A stretch of DNA of 64,000 nt from Guillardia theta CCMP2712 (lineage: Eukaryota > Protista > Cryptophyta): the NCBI RefSeq assembly GCF_000315625.1, contig NW_005434642.1:485869-549868 (forward strand), written 5' to 3'. Each line of letters begins with the position of its first letter. The stretch's first letter is position 1. Below, in pieces: positions 61,704 through 64,000 of this stretch. The position numbers and the translations under genes are program-made. A model generated the notes under the pieces. That model was not told the DNA's origin. It ran no database searches and saw nothing but the letters and a program-made list of their open reading frames with translations.

Positions 61704-62966
61704 ATGGATCCGTTTGTAAACCTCAAGATCGTCTCAATCTTCACCGTCCTTGCGACGTCCATCATTGGCGTCATGCTTCCTGTCCTTCGCTGGAGAAAGG
61801 AGGGTCCCAAGACGGCAGAGGAGCCTTCCTTCTGGTTCTTCCTGCTCCGAGCGTACGCAGCTGGCGTCATGCTGGCGCTGGCGTTCGTGCACATCATCTC
61901 CGACGCTTTCTCAGTCATGGATGGGTTGACGGGCAACTTCCCCATCGCGTCTGTTCTCGTCATGGTGGGCGTGATGCTCATGATGCTGGTCGAGCGAGCT
62001 TCTCTCGACTTCGGGTCTCGCTGCTTCGGAAGCTCAGGCGACGCCGCCAGGGTCTGCTGCCACTCGGACGTGCACCAGCACTCGCACGGGTGCCTGCGAC
62101 ATGCGCATCAGTCCAACGACTGTCATCACGAGGACGCGGAAGAAATCTTCGTCATCGAGAGTCATGCCCTGCCTCCACATGTCCCTCACGCTGTAGCTGA
62201 CGAGGAGCTGGGGACTTCCGTACCTCCGTCGCTGGAGGCTCTCAAGGCCGCAGACCTTCCTCAAGTCAGCGGCGATGCACAAGGAGATCTGGCCGACGTT
62301 GTGGACGCCAAGCCGCGGGTGATGCTGGGGATGCTTGAGTTCGGCATCGTAGTGCACTCGGTGATCATAGGGATGGATCTGGGAGTGAGGACGCAGAAGC
62401 CGAGCGCCATCGTGGGGCTGATGATTGCTCTCTGCTTCCATCAGTTCTTTGAAGGCCTCGGCCTCGGATCCTGCATCGCTTACGTCATGCATGAGCACGG
62501 ATCGGCGATGCAATGGCCCAAGGTAGGAGGAGCACGGGTGAAGACCAAGGAGTCTTACTAGTCGAGCAGATCATGCTCATGGTGATGCTCTTCTCCATCA
62601 CGTTTCCCCTCGGCGTAGCGCTGGGGATGATCAGCATCGCTGCGCAGAGCTTTCATGCTCAAGATCTGTTCCATCCTTGGCTGCAAGGTCGGGAGGGACG
62701 AAAGGAAACATTAACCTTGACTGGCACGCAGGAACTCTCGACGCTTTGAGCGGAGGCATCCTGGTTCACCTAGCCTTCATTCACTTCATCTCAGGTTCTT
62801 CTCTTCACCGTGTCTTGTTGTTTGAAGGACTATGCTGACGGAGGAAGCAGAGGATTTCAGTCGGACGGACATCAACTCTCCTAAGCACTTGCGGCTCAGA
62901 TGGAGCATGCTTCTCAGCGTCATCCTAGGGGCGACCTGCATGTCGCTCCTCGCGCTCCAAGCTTGA
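61704..62966 (+). CDS. ZIP (ZRT/IRT) zinc/iron transporter, 4 exons
   Basis: RAYAAGVMLALAFVHI, His-rich loop, LEFGIVVHSVIIG and ALCFHQFFEGLGLG; ends ..GATCMSLLALQA*. Confidence 0.95.
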
Positions 62967-63083
62967 GCACAAGATTTTTAATGATTCCTTCTCTCTTCCT
63001 CTCCTCCCTCTCTCTCCTCTTCATCACCCACCCTCCTTCTCTCTCCCCCTTGCCTCTTGGTTGCTGTAAAACGGGATGTCCGT

Positions 63084-64000
63084 CTAGATGGTCGTCACCT
63101 CGTCCACCACCCTCTGCGCGACGATCTTCTGGTTGTCGTCCACCAGCACTGCCTCTCCCGTCACTCCAACCAGCAGCATCTCAACTCACCGTTGAGCAGA
63201 GGGCCCGACGGCAGCTTGACTTGCACCCACTTGGAGCCGGTGGGAGACTGAAGGACAAGTGAGGACGAGCACGTGGCGCAGACGGAATATGAACAGAGGG
63301 AGGGAGGGAGGGAGGGAGGGAGGGAGGGAGAGAGGGAGGGAGGGAGGGAGGGACTTTCGGGGGAAGGGGAGCGGGAAGGGGGCGAGCAGGGGACCAGTGG
63401 AGGCAAGAAAGGGAGGGATGCGGGCAAGTGGCGATGAGAGAGACAGGAAGGGAAGCAGAAGGTCAAAGGGGGGGGTCAAGGACCTTGAGGGTGGAGCCAT
63501 AGCCCTCTTCTTGCATCTGAACCTCCACGTCCGCTCCCTTGCTGAGTACAGAGCAGAACTTCATCTCTCCTCGCATGCTCTTTCGCTGTGCGATGTAGAG
63601 GTGAATCCCTTGCCTGCTCCCTCGTCAGCTGCCTCAAGGGTTAGAGAAGCAATCGCTACCGGTCGTCTCGTTTGTACTTGAGGCTCGTCGCAGGGTTGCG
63701 ATGAACAACATCGTAGAGTTTTTGTTGAGGCAGTTCTGTTGGACATCAGATGCGAAAGAGGACGAGGCGAGCAGCAGGAGGAGGGGAACCTTCGGGGGCA
63801 CCTCCTTCTGCGCTTAATGAGTCATTCGAAGAGTTTCTCGCCTCCATATCCTGAGAAGGTCAAGATGAGCTTGAAACGAACTCACTTGCATCCCTCCGCA
63901 CCTGCCGCACTTTCTTCATCAACCTGTCTTCTTTTCTCAGCGTCTCACGCAGCCTCTCTGTGTTCCTCGTGTTGGCATACAGCTCTCGCTTAGCGAAGTC
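63084..64000 (-). CDS. 3' part of a hypothetical multi-exon gene running off the window
   Basis: Spliced tail SPTGSKWVQVKLPSGPLLN-VLVDDNQKIVAQRVVDEVTTI*; charged upstream exons. Confidence 0.55.

Overview
Eukaryotic nuclear DNA. It is most consistent with a cryptophyte alga (Guillardia theta-like); this is inferred from short GT-AG introns with CTGAC/CTAAC branch points, purine/pyrimidine-skewed low-complexity introns, and a nuclear psbU with a signal peptide plus ASA-F bipartite plastid presequence. The window holds about 25 mostly multi-exon genes. Recognisable products are POP1, PsbU, Kdo transferase (WaaA/KdtA), a myristoylated dual-specificity phosphatase, TPX2, kinesin-14, NELF-B/COBRA1, an alpha-kinase, a SPIRAL1/Jupiter-like PGG-repeat protein, an STN7/STN8-like thylakoid kinase, a DnaJ protein, a secretory EF-hand protein, a methyltransferase-like protein, an intronless xylulokinase, an ICMT/PEMT-family protein and a ZIP transporter; the rest are hypotheticals. 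There are three N gaps. The main unexplained structure is non-coding. (1) A recurring intergenic module of GC/CpG-rich palindromic islands and strand-biased GGGGTA/TACCCC blocks lies upstream of gene starts but not between convergent genes, and it carries an exact dispersed 37-bp AT-rich motif. (2) A 250-bp TA-rich segment sits between 8-bp direct repeats. (3) Unpaired splice acceptors lie just before many start codons. Exon boundaries were read by eye and family assignments rest on remembered motifs, not database searches.
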